Of a stretch of 33,735 bases of DNA, positions 1-7,823 are shown piece by piece. Position numbers and translations under genes: made by a program. The notes beneath the pieces were generated by a model that saw only the letters and a list, made by a program, of their open reading frames with translations, was not told where the DNA came from and did not search any database. Source of the DNA: an uncultured Rhodothermaceae bacterium (GTDB lineage Bacteria; Bacteroidota; Rhodothermia; Rhodothermales; CAZLRO01); assembly GCA_964561865.1 (NCBI GenBank), contig CAZLRO010000003.1, positions 1 through 33,735 of the forward strand. The letters run 5' to 3'. Position 1 is the stretch's first letter; the number at the start of each line of letters is the position of its first letter.

Positions 1-1150
1 TGGGCAGGAACGGATAGTTACTCCAGGAACCGAGGAAGCTCTTGCTGTTGTTAGGCGTGTAGGTGTCGAAGTGCCCGGCCAGGGTCGGAGCGTTGATGTC
101 CGCGATGTCGAGGATACGCAGGCCCGACGTATAGTTCGACTGGAAGGAGTAGTGGCCCTTGACGTACTGGTTGTGGTCGATGGACGCCACATCGTGCGTG
201 AACGTCCCGATCCGCACCGGCACATCGAGGTCTGCAAGGTCCCAGATGTGGGTGCGGGTGTTGAACCCGAAAGAGGTTTCATCAAGCTCGTCGTCGCACA
301 GGAAATACCGGTGGTCCTCAGTGAACCAGCCCTGATGGGTGTAGGCCGACTGCGGGTAGGTGTTCCGGGACAGCATCTGGATGCTGCTCTTGTTCGTCAC
401 GTCCAGGATTGTCACGGTGTCTTCATTGGAGGCGGCGCAGATTTCCTTGCCCTGGTGCTCGGTGTCCGGGCCAACGTAGTTCACGCAGTGGATGTCGTGC
501 GTGTAGCCATCGCCCCCGTAGCACGCCTCCATCACCGGGTTGAGCGGGTCCTGGATGTTGACGATGTGCGGGCCGCCGCTGCACAGGAAGGAGGTCCCGA
601 ACGTGGAACCGATAAGGTAGGCGTAGCCGGAAGCCTCGTTGATGTAGATGTTGTGCGTGTTGCCGATCTTGTTGTAATGGGCATCCTCGGTGAACGTAAC
701 CGGCGGCCCGGTCAGCCCGCGCAGGCGCGTCAGGTCGAACACCTGCATCCCATGCCCACTGGCTTCACTGACGATGAAGGCATGGTCCTGGTAGACCTTG
801 ATGTCCCGCCAGAGCGAGGTGCTGGTGTGGGTCATCAACTGGCCGAGGTAGATCGGATTGACCGGGTCGGTCACATCCACGAAGGCTGTGCCGTTGGAAC
901 GCCCCACCAGCGCATACTCCTTGCCCGTGATGGGGTCTACCCATCCCCAGATGTCGTTCAGGTCGATGCCGCTCGTCCCGCCGATGGACGAGATGGGCAG
1001 GTAGGCCAGCAGGTCTACGTTCAGGCACGGATAACCCGCCGCGAACCCGCCGGTGCAGGCCACACGGCCCCCCGTGATCTGCGCAGAAGCGCTTCCGGCC
1101 AGCAACAGCCATCCTATCAACAGAAGCAACCGTTTCATAAGCAATCTCAT
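1..1150 (-). CDS. choice-of-anchor B family (LVIVD-like beta-propeller) secreted protein; partial, C-terminus lies beyond the left window edge
   Basis: Absent from the ORF track because it has no stop inside the window. My own minus-strand translation from ATG 1150 (alternative ATG 1138) gives MRLLMKRLLLLIGWLLLAGSASAQ, a signal peptide. It continues ...DLNDIWGWVDPITGKEYALVGRSNGTAFVDVTDPVNPIYLG...WRDIKVYQDHAFIVSEASGHGMQVFDL...THQGWFTEDHRYFLCDDELDE...HNQYVKGHYSFQSNYTSGLRILDI...SWSNYPFLP and stays open to position 2. I recognise this pattern from choice-of-anchor B proteins. The + ORF 71..1210 is its V/D/R/H-rich shadow. Confidence 0.75.
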   Translation of the reverse strand, partial: MRLLMKRLLLLIGWLLLAGSASAQITGGRVACTGGFAAGYPCLNVDLLAYLPISSIGGTSGIDLNDIWGWVDPITGKEYALVGRSNGTAFVDVTDPVNPIYLGQLMTHTSTSLWRDIKVYQDHAFIVSEASGHGMQVFDLTRLRGLTGPPVTFTEDAHYNKIGNTHNIYINEASGYAYLIGSTFGTSFLCSGGPHIVNIQDPLNPVMEACYGGDGYTHDIHCVNYVGPDTEHQGKEICAASNEDTVTILDVTNKSSIQMLSRNTYPQSAYTHQGWFTEDHRYFLCDDELDETSFGFNTRTHIWDLADLDVPVRIGTFTHDVASIDHNQYVKGHYSFQSNYTSGLRILDIADINAPTLAGHFDTYTPNNSKSFLGSWSNYPFLP

Positions 1151-1233
1151 TGGCGGGAACCAGTCCCAATTGTGGAGGCGGAAATGAATGCCGTAAGTTC
1201 CAGAATCTGACGTTCAGATTCAACCCCTGTGCC

Positions 1234-1617
1234 ATGACGACGAAACAAACCGGCGACCAGGGCGAGGCCCTTGCAGCGGACTATCTGGAGCAGCAAGGCT
1301 ACCGCATCCTCGAACGGCAGTTCCGGTTTGAACGTTCCGAGGTAGACCTGATTTGTTTCCAGCCCGCTGCGCGCTATGAAGACGGCGGGGAGTTGGTGTT
1401 CGTGGAGGTCAAGACCCGCTCCGGCCTGGGCTATGGTCGCCCGGAGGAGGCTGTGACCGAGGACAAGAAACGCCACCTCCTGCTGGCCGCCGAAGCCTAC
1501 CTGCACGAGATGCGCATGGACGGGATGCCCTGCCGCTTCGACGTCGTCGCCATCGTGCTGCACCCCGACCGACCCCCGGAGATCGAGCACTTCCGCGATG
1601 CGTTCTGGAAGTTCTGA
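1234..1617 (+). CDS. yraN: YraN family (UPF0102) endonuclease-like protein
   Basis: From ATG 1234: MTTKQTGDQGEALAADYLEQQGYRILERQFRFERSEVDLICF...LVFVEVKTRSG...PEEAVTEDKKRHLLLAAEAYL...RFDVVAIV. This is the typical YraN layout (GE..A..YL...G...L..N.R....EiDlI, VFVEVK.R, RfDvv). The 28-codon N-terminal extension in the track (from 1150) was trimmed. Confidence 0.8.
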   Translation: MTTKQTGDQGEALAADYLEQQGYRILERQFRFERSEVDLICFQPAARYEDGGELVFVEVKTRSGLGYGRPEEAVTEDKKRHLLLAAEAYLHEMRMDGMPCRFDVVAIVLHPDRPPEIEHFRDAFWKF

Positions 1618-1631
1618 TCCGTAGCGGCCCG

Positions 1632-1668
1632 ATATAGTCAAACTGACTATATAGTCATTTTGACTATA
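1632..1668. repeat. two abutting AT-rich palindromes of the TAT(A/C)GTCA-N3-TGACTATA family
   Basis: The first palindrome is ATATAGTCA-AAC-TGACTATAT (1632..1652, perfect 9-bp arms). The second is TATAGTCA-TTT-TGACTATA (1650..1668, perfect 8-bp arms). Their centres are 17 bp apart. They lie in the convergent gap between the yraN stop (1617) and the stop of the minus-strand gene at 1715. Confidence 0.85.
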
Positions 1669-1714
1669 ATTTCCCCACACCGCCCCCATCTGGCCTGCTG
1701 CCTGCCAGACGCTT

Positions 1715-2830
1715 TTACCGTAACCCGGAGGGCCGGTATTCCTTTGGTACCTCGTCGGCCAGACGCTCGAAGGCGAGATAGCCATAGACCGTGAGGCCGT
1801 AGGGGTCTATCAGCTCGCCGTGCGGGTCGATGCGGGTGGGGCCGTCGGAGAGGCGCAGCCACGAGGTCTGCGGCTGGGGACGGTCCAGCCGTCCCTGCCA
1901 GCGGAGGTAGGCAGGCGACTCCTGTTCGCGGCGGTACTGCACCTCCAGCAGCCCGTGGAACTCCAGCACCTGCTCGTCCGGATGCCCGCTCTCGGACAGC
2001 AGCTGGCGGGGCTGGACGGGGAAGCGCAGCCGGGCACGGGCTACCTCGTCCAGGCTGGGGAGGCGGGTGGTCTGGAACCGGGCCGCTTCGCTGGAGTCGG
2101 CCAGGGCGCACAGCAGGAAATGCCGTAGGGAGCCAAGGAACGCCTGACGGCGGTTGGCTTCCCACCGGACAGCCTCTGCCGAGTCCTGCGGGGTCAGCTC
2201 CTCGAACAGCGGCTCGCCGTCGAACCGCAGCACCCCGCCCCCCCAGGAGAAATCCGTGAGCACATACTGGATGCGATAGCCCAGCGCCCGGTTCTCGATG
2301 AGGAGCGGGGCCTGGGCACGGGCCGAGAGCCGCCCCCAGCGCCCACCCTCGAACACCAGCACCTCCGGGTTGAGCAGGCGGGTCTGCGCTGCGTTCGGCG
2401 TCTCGCCCAGCAGCAGGCGCTCGAACCGCCGCCGTTGCCGCTCCCATGCCCGGTCCCGCTCCGCCTCCACGAGCACATCTCCGAGGGTCTGCGTAGCCGG
2501 GGCAAGGTGAAACCGGAACGTCCGGGGGCTGCCTGTGCGCACCACCAGGTCCTCATGGACGGTCGTATACCCCACCATCGACACCACGAGCCGGTGTGCG
2601 CCTGTGGGGACTGTCAGCCGGAAGCAGCCGTCCGGGCCGGTGGCAGCGCCCCGCAGGGAACCGGCGACGAACACATGCGCGCCCGACAGCGGCAACCCCG
2701 TCCCGGCCTCGTCCACACACCCGGACACGACCGCTTCCGCGGACTGTGCCCGTAGCGCTGCCACACCCAGCCAACACCCGACGACGCACCAGAAAGCCCG
2801 ATACATGGCTGAAAATCCTGCAAACCGCAT
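1715..2830 (-). CDS. carboxypeptidase-regulatory-like (CarboxypepD_reg) domain protein, secreted
   Basis: The N-terminus carries a signal peptide (MYRAFWCVVGCWLGVAALRAQS if translation starts at ATG 2806). Next comes VSGCVDEAGTGLPLSGAHVFVAGSLRGAATGPDGCFRLTVPTGAHRLVVSMVGYTT, a classic CarboxypepD_reg fold signature. The rest resembles the ~400-aa Bacteroidota family (...LLNPEVLVF...LLIENRALGYRIQYVLTDF...). The choice between starts at 2830 and 2806 is unresolved. Confidence 0.7.
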   Translation of the reverse strand: MRFAGFSAMYRAFWCVVGCWLGVAALRAQSAEAVVSGCVDEAGTGLPLSGAHVFVAGSLRGAATGPDGCFRLTVPTGAHRLVVSMVGYTTVHEDLVVRTGSPRTFRFHLAPATQTLGDVLVEAERDRAWERQRRRFERLLLGETPNAAQTRLLNPEVLVFEGGRWGRLSARAQAPLLIENRALGYRIQYVLTDFSWGGGVLRFDGEPLFEELTPQDSAEAVRWEANRRQAFLGSLRHFLLCALADSSEAARFQTTRLPSLDEVARARLRFPVQPRQLLSESGHPDEQVLEFHGLLEVQYRREQESPAYLRWQGRLDRPQPQTSWLRLSDGPTRIDPHGELIDPYGLTVYGYLAFERLADEVPKEYRPSGLR

Positions 2831-2901
2831 CGCCTTGAAAAGCAGCCGGTTCCCTGTATGTATCTTCTCGCTCCTTCGCGTTCAACCCACTTCCGCGTAC
2901 C

Positions 2902-4017
2902 GTGATTCTGATCCTCCAGCCGAACGTCGATCTCTCCTCTGCCGACTACCAGCACCTGAAACAGCACCTGGACGCCCTGCCGGGCATCCGGCACCGCCTT
3001 CACCACGAACAGGGGACGGAACAGCGGCTAACCGAGGTCTACCTCATCGGCAACACGGCAGCCCTCTCGATAGAGACGATGCGAACGTTGCCGCTCGTGG
3101 AACGGGTCGTGCGGGTATCGCAGGAATACCGGGTGCTGGGCCGCCACCAGGGCGACGACCGCCCCAGCACGTTCGACTACAACGGCGTCCGCTTCGGCCA
3201 GGATACGTTGCAGGTCTTCGCGGGCCTGTGTGCGGTGGATACCCCGGCCCATGTGGAGCGGATGATGCAGGCGCTCCGGGAGCACGGCCAGGTGTGTACC
3301 CGCATGGGGGCGTACAAGCCCCGCACCAACCCCTACTCGTTCCAGGGGCACGGCAAACACTGCCTCCCCTGGGTGTTCGACCTCGCCGGGCGCTATGGCA
3401 TCCGCGTCATCGCAATGGAGGTGACGCACGAGTCGCACCTGGCCGAGATCGACGAGGCGTTGCACCAGACCGGCCAGCCCACCGGGGTAATGGTGCAGAT
3501 CGGCACGCGCAACACCCAGAACTTCGAACTGCTCAAGATTGTCGGACGACAAAAGACCTACCCGGTGTTGTTCAAGCGTGGGTTCGGCATCACCCTCGAC
3601 GAGTCGCTCAACGCCGCCGAGTACCTGGCAAGCGAGGGCAACCGCAACATCGTCTTCTGCCTGCGCGGGATGAAGACCCACCTCGGCGACCCCCACCGCA
3701 ACTTCGTCGATTTCAGCCATGTGCCCGTCGTGAAGCGCCTGACGCGGATGCCCGTCTGCATCGACCCCTCGCATTCGGTCGGCGCCCGCACCAAAGGCCC
3801 GGACGGACTGCCGGACCTGTTCCATGCCACCGCCCAGGGGGTGATCGCCGGAGCGAACATGGTACTCGTGGATTTTCACCCCGAACCCGGCAAGGCCCTC
3901 GTCGATGGCCCCCAGGCCCTGCTGCTGCGGGAACTACCCTGGTTCCTCGACGACATCGCCCTCGCCCGCGAAACCTACCTCCGACGGGTAGAACGGGCCG
4001 CACGGGCAGAAAGCTAA
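2902..4017 (+). CDS. aroF: 3-deoxy-7-phosphoheptulonate (DAHP) synthase, type I-beta, with N-terminal ferredoxin-like regulatory domain
   Basis: GTG start at 2902. The core motifs are RMGAYKPRTNPYSFQGHG, VMVQIGTRNTQNFELLK, PVLFKRG and VCIDPSHS, which mark the DAHPS/KDO8PS I-beta family. An ~80-aa N-terminal extension resembles the regulatory domain of Thermotoga-type enzymes. Confidence 0.9.
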   Translation: MILILQPNVDLSSADYQHLKQHLDALPGIRHRLHHEQGTEQRLTEVYLIGNTAALSIETMRTLPLVERVVRVSQEYRVLGRHQGDDRPSTFDYNGVRFGQDTLQVFAGLCAVDTPAHVERMMQALREHGQVCTRMGAYKPRTNPYSFQGHGKHCLPWVFDLAGRYGIRVIAMEVTHESHLAEIDEALHQTGQPTGVMVQIGTRNTQNFELLKIVGRQKTYPVLFKRGFGITLDESLNAAEYLASEGNRNIVFCLRGMKTHLGDPHRNFVDFSHVPVVKRLTRMPVCIDPSHSVGARTKGPDGLPDLFHATAQGVIAGANMVLVDFHPEPGKALVDGPQALLLRELPWFLDDIALARETYLRRVERAARAES

Positions 4018-4132
4018 TGGTAGGAGTGCTTATTTTGATGCAAGGTTGCAGGTTTCGGTGTTTCCCAGGCATCGGGTACCAGGTATCAAATACCCAAAAG
4101 CTAACGGCGAACAGCCAACAGCTATTTTCCCC

Positions 4133-4807
4133 ATGCGGACCTTCATCAACGATCTCGTCGGAGGGAGTGCAAGCATCGTGGTGGTGCTCTTGTACCACAT
4201 CTACCTGTACCTGCTGCTCAAGCAAGACCCCCAGGCGACGGTGCAGGGGCTAAACCGGTCCATCCGGGTGGAATGGGTGCGATTTGTGATGGAGCAGGAG
4301 GCGCGGGGCATCCTGGCTGTTCAGACGCTTCGCAACTCGACCATGGCCGCCACCTTCCTCGCCTCCACCGCCGTATTGCTGATGATCGGCACGCTGAACC
4401 TGGCGAACCAGTCCGAGGGCTTTGTCCATTCCTTCCAGCGCCTGAACCTGCTCGGATCTCCCCATCCCGGCCTGTGGACGGCCAAAGTGCTGGTGCTGGT
4501 GGTGGACTTTTTCCTCGCCTTCTTCAGCTTTGCGATGTCCATCCGGCTCTACAACCACGTGGGATACCAGATCAGCTTGCCGCTCGGCCAGCGCAGCACC
4601 ACGGCCACGCCGGAAACGGTGGCGGCCCACATGAACCGTGCAGGGTCGTTCTACACGCTGGGGATGCGGGCCTACTTCTTCTCGGTACCGCTGGTGTTCT
4701 GGCTCTTCGGGCCGCACTTCATGCTGCTGGCCTCGCTGGTGCTGGTGTACGTCCTTTACCAGAACGACCGCGCTCCACAGACCATCAAACGTCATCAGGC
4801 TTCCTGA
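4133..4807 (+). CDS. DUF599 family membrane protein
   Basis: From ATG 4133: MRTFINDLVGGSASIVVVLLYHIYLYLLL...RVEWVRFVMEQEARGILAVQTLRNSTMAATFLASTAVLL... The sequence has several hydrophobic helices and the QTLRNS.MA.TFLAS signature I associate with DUF599. The track ORF start at 4046 was trimmed. Confidence 0.65.
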   Translation: MRTFINDLVGGSASIVVVLLYHIYLYLLLKQDPQATVQGLNRSIRVEWVRFVMEQEARGILAVQTLRNSTMAATFLASTAVLLMIGTLNLANQSEGFVHSFQRLNLLGSPHPGLWTAKVLVLVVDFFLAFFSFAMSIRLYNHVGYQISLPLGQRSTTATPETVAAHMNRAGSFYTLGMRAYFFSVPLVFWLFGPHFMLLASLVLVYVLYQNDRAPQTIKRHQAS

Positions 4808-5477
4808 AGCCCAGCACCTGTATCGTCTTGCCTTTCTTGCGGCGGACGCTCTGGGTGCGGGTACGCCGCACAGGAGGGTTCACGACAGGCAAGGGCTGAA
4901 GGGTGGCATCGGCCGCCACGTCCGGCTTTTCCGCCTCCCATGCCGGGTCGAAGAGCATCCCGGTGCAGAGACACATCCGGCGCTGGGTGCGGCTGAGCAC
5001 ATCGTAGTTGGGACAGCTCTGGCAGCCGCTCCAGAACTCCTCGTCGTCAGTCAGCTCCGAGAAGGTCACCGGACGGTACCCCAGCTCGGTGTTGATCTTC
5101 ATCACGGCCAGGCTCGTCGTGATGCCGAAAATCTTGGCGGCCGGGTATTTCTGGCGCGAAAGCTCGAACGCCGCCTGCTTGATGCGCTTCGCCAGCCCGC
5201 CCTTGCGAAACACCGGCGCCACGATCAGCCCCGAATTTGCCACGTACCGACCGTGCCCCCACGTCTCGACGTAGCAGAAGCCCGCCAGCACTTCCCCATG
5301 CAGGGCGATGATGGCCTTACCCTCTTCCATCTTGGAACGGATGTAGTCAGGGTTGCGCTTGGCAATGCCGGTGCCCCTGGCCCGCGCTGCGTCCTCAATG
5401 AGGGTGCAAATCTCGGCAGCGTACCGAAGGTGGGGAACACCGGCCACCTGTACCGTGCATTCGTGGGCTTCGTTCAA
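4785..5477 (-). CDS. GNAT family N-acetyltransferase with basic C-terminal tail
   Basis: The acetyl-CoA binding core reads LIVAPVFRKGGLAKRIKQAAFELS (Q/R-x-x-G-x-G/A-like). A conserved Cys-rich segment follows: FWSGCQSCPNYDVLSRTQRRMCLCTGM. The codon at 5477 is TTG, and GTG at 5447 is an alternative start. The last 23 nt overlap the 3' end of the DUF599 gene. Confidence 0.7.
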   Translation of the reverse strand: MNEAHECTVQVAGVPHLRYAAEICTLIEDAARARGTGIAKRNPDYIRSKMEEGKAIIALHGEVLAGFCYVETWGHGRYVANSGLIVAPVFRKGGLAKRIKQAAFELSRQKYPAAKIFGITTSLAVMKINTELGYRPVTFSELTDDEEFWSGCQSCPNYDVLSRTQRRMCLCTGMLFDPAWEAEKPDVAADATLQPLPVVNPPVRRTRTQSVRRKKGKTIQVLGFRKPDDV

Positions 5478-5594
5478 CGTGGATGCGGGTTCGAGATGGA
5501 AAAAAATGGAATGCGCGCATCAACGCTATTAACCCAGCTTAGGATCCGAAGACAGATTTGGGACGCTTCGCTTTGGAACGACCTGGCGGCCTTT

Positions 5595-5697
5595 GGGACG
5601 GCCTGCGGCCTTTGGTTCCGCTGACCCTCCACCCATCCTGTCATTCCGAACGAAGTGAGAAATCGACCGAAGGGAGATTGCGCTCCGGCGAAATCTC
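5595..5697. repeat. copy A of a hairpin-rich intergenic repeat
   Basis: The sequence is gggacggcctgcggcctttggttccgctgaccctccacccatcctgtcattccgaacgaagtgagaaatcgaccgaagggagattgcgctccggcgaaatctc. It aligns with copy B at 5770..5897. It ends in the hairpin GAGATTGCGC-TCCG-GCGAAATCTC (5674..5697). Confidence 0.8.
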
Positions 5698-5769
5698 ACG
5701 CCCACGCTAGGAAACAGGAGATTTCGCTTCGGCGGGAACAAGCACCTGTCCTGGGCGAAGCGAGGAAAT

Positions 5770-5897
5770 GGGACGGCCTGTCGGCCTTTGGTCTTGCTGA
5801 ACCTCCAATCCTGCTGTCATTCCGACCGTAGGGAGAAACCGCAGGTTGCACGAAGTGAACCTCGACCGAGGAGAGATTGCACTGCCGCGAAGTCTCC
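5770..5897. repeat. copy B of the same intergenic repeat (carries a ~22-nt internal insertion/duplication)
   Basis: The sequence is gggacggcctgtcggcctttggtcttgctgaacctccaatcctgctgtcattccgaccgtagggagaaaccgcaggttgcacgaagtgaacctcgaccgaggagagattgcactgccgcgaagtctcc. Its terminal hairpin (5873..5896) begins 14 nt downstream of the pgm stop. Confidence 0.8.
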
Positions 5898-5910
5898 ATC
5901 CCATCCTTGA

Positions 5911-7557
5911 TTACACTCCGGCGGCCTGGAACGCAGCGCTGACAATGGCCTGGGCTTCTTGCTGGACTTGGCGCAGGTGGTCACTGCCCCGGAAGCTCTC
6001 AGCATAAATCTTGTACACCTCCTCGGTGCCCGAAGGCCGCGCCGCAAACCACCCGTTCTCGGTGACGACCTTCAGCCCGCCGAGGGCCGCGCCGTTGCCC
6101 GGTGCATGGGTCAGCTTCGCCAGGATGGGTTCCCCGGCCATCTCGGTGGCGGTGACCAGCTCCGCCGACAGGTTGGCGAGCACCTTCTTCTGGGCGGTGT
6201 TGGCCGGGGCGTCCATACGCTCGTAGGCCGGGTCGCCGAACTGCGCCGTCAGCGCCTGGTAGTGCTCACCGGGGTCGCGCCCGGTGACGGCGGTGATCTC
6301 GGCGGCGAGCAGGTTCAGAATCAACCCGTCCTTGTCGGTGCTCCAGACGGTGCCGTCCTGGCGGAGAAACGAGGCCCCGGCGCTTTCCTCCCCTCCGAAG
6401 CCGTAGGAGCCGTCCACCAATCCGTCCACGAACCACTTGAACCCGACGGGCACCTCGGCCAGCCGCCGCCCCAGGTGGGCCGCCACCCGGTCGATCATGG
6501 AACTGGAGACGAGCGTCTTGCCGATGGCCGCATCGGGCCGCCAGCCGGGACGGTGCTGGAACAGGTAGTGGATCGCCACGGCGAGGTAATGGTTGGGGTT
6601 CATCAACCCCACACTGGGGGCGACGATCCCGTGCCGGTCGGCGTCCGGGTCGTTGCCAAAGGCGATGTCGAACCGGTCCTTCAGGTCGATCAGCCCCGCC
6701 ATCGCCCAGGGAGATGAACAGTCCATCCGGATCTTGCCGTCGCGGTCGACGCGCATGAAGCCGAAGGTGGGATCGACGGCCTGGTTGACGACCTCAATCC
6801 GGAGGCCATACCGCTCTGCAATCGGCTCCCAGTAGGCCAGCCCCGCCCCCCCCATCGGGTCCACGCCGATGTTCAGGCCCGCCTGCGCGACAGCTTCCAG
6901 TTGCAACACCTGCCCCAGGTCGTTCACGTAGGGGGTCCGGAAATCCCAGGCATGGGTCGTGCTGGCCCGCAGCGCCTGGGCGTAGGGCATCCGTTTGACC
7001 CCGTGCAGGCCGTTTGCCAGCAGTTCGTTGGCCCGCCGCTGCACCTGGGCGGTGGTGCTGGTATCCGCCGGGCCGCCATTGGGAGGGTTGTACTTGAAGC
7101 CGCCGTCGTCCGGGGGGTTGTGGGACGGGGTGATGACCACGCCGTCGGCCAGGCCGGCGGCCCGCCCCCGGTTATAGGCCAGGATCGCGTGCGAGATGGC
7201 AGGCGTGGGGGTGTAGCCCCCTCCTTCCTGGATCAGCACCGTCACCCCGTTGGCGGCCAGCACTTCCAGCGCCGTTGCCTGGGCCGCCTCAGAGAGGGCG
7301 TGCGTGTCCATCCCCATCAGCAACGGCCCGTCGATGCCCTGTCCGGCCCGGTACTCGCACAGCGCCTGGCTGACGGCCAGAATGTGCGCCTCGTTGAAGG
7401 TGCCCTTGAGCGACGACCCCCGGTGCCCCGATGTACCGAAGGACACCGCCTGCTCCGGGTTTTCTGGGTCGGGCTGGACGGTGTAGTACGCCGATACCAG
7501 GCGAGGAATGTTCACCAGATGCGCACGCGGGGCAGGCTTTCCGGCAAGAGGGTGCAT
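5911..7557 (-). CDS. pgm: phosphoglucomutase, alpha-D-glucose phosphate-specific
   Basis: 548 aa. The active-site loop is [18 protein letters not shown], the metal loop is [11 protein letters not shown], and the sugar-binding segment is GGEESAG. Length and layout match E. coli-type Pgm. Confidence 0.95.
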   Translation of the reverse strand: MHPLAGKPAPRAHLVNIPRLVSAYYTVQPDPENPEQAVSFGTSGHRGSSLKGTFNEAHILAVSQALCEYRAGQGIDGPLLMGMDTHALSEAAQATALEVLAANGVTVLIQEGGGYTPTPAISHAILAYNRGRAAGLADGVVITPSHNPPDDGGFKYNPPNGGPADTSTTAQVQRRANELLANGLHGVKRMPYAQALRASTTHAWDFRTPYVNDLGQVLQLEAVAQAGLNIGVDPMGGAGLAYWEPIAERYGLRIEVVNQAVDPTFGFMRVDRDGKIRMDCSSPWAMAGLIDLKDRFDIAFGNDPDADRHGIVAPSVGLMNPNHYLAVAIHYLFQHRPGWRPDAAIGKTLVSSSMIDRVAAHLGRRLAEVPVGFKWFVDGLVDGSYGFGGEESAGASFLRQDGTVWSTDKDGLILNLLAAEITAVTGRDPGEHYQALTAQFGDPAYERMDAPANTAQKKVLANLSAELVTATEMAGEPILAKLTHAPGNGAALGGLKVVTENGWFAARPSGTEEVYKIYAESFRGSDHLRQVQQEAQAIVSAAFQAAGV

Positions 7558-7664
7558 GGGGTTCGGCTTGCTGAACAGGAAGAAAAGATGTGGGAAGATA
7601 GCACGCAGGAAGCGGGGATCGGGGCGGATCGGTACGGTTTTTTTGGGAATCGCCCAGGAAAAAA

Positions 7665-7703
7665 TATCGTCAAAATGACTATAATATCGTCAATTTGACT
7701 ATA
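7665..7703. repeat. tandem pair of TATCGTCA-N3-TGACTATA palindromes in the divergent pgm/ppgK control region
   Basis: The first palindrome is TATCGTCA-AAA-TGACTATA (7665..7683). The second is TATCGTCA-ATT-TGACTATA (7685..7703). Each has one arm mismatch (C versus A), and the centres are 20 bp apart. The second copy shares an exact 19-mer, tatcgtcaatttgactata, with the copy at 13810..13828. Confidence 0.85.
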
Positions 7704-7823
7704 CTCTCAAACCTTGACCTGTGCCTACGCACGCCATATTCTCTCGTGCCCGCCGTTGATCTGTTCCCTGATTGCGAGTAAGTTCCGGGAAGTCTCTTCC
7801 GAACCCATCTGCATCCCGAAGAC

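Noticed and set aside
71-1210. 379-aa + strand ORF covering the left end of the window
   Set aside because: Its composition is V/D/R/H/G-rich with no recognisable motifs. The opposite strand encodes a clean signal peptide plus a choice-of-anchor B-like sequence over the same span. This is a typical shadow ORF of GC-rich DNA.
1661-1671. TTGAC/TGACTATAAT read as a sigma-70 promoter
   Set aside because: The -35-like and -10-like hexamers are contiguous or overlapping rather than about 17 bp apart. Two of the three loci lie between convergent stop codons, where no promoter is required. A promoter role using hexamers from adjacent tandem copies (16-19 nt spacing) cannot be fully excluded.
2535-4253. 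572-aa + strand ORF rich in P/R/A/G
   Set aside because: It is low-complexity Pro/Arg/Gly/Ala text. It overlaps the well-supported DAHP synthase ORF in another frame and the CarboxypepD_reg gene on the other strand.
5560-5900. Possible CRISPR array in the repeat-rich gap downstream of pgm
   Set aside because: The repeats are long (100-130 nt), diverged and not regularly interspaced with unique spacers. No cas genes are present in the window.
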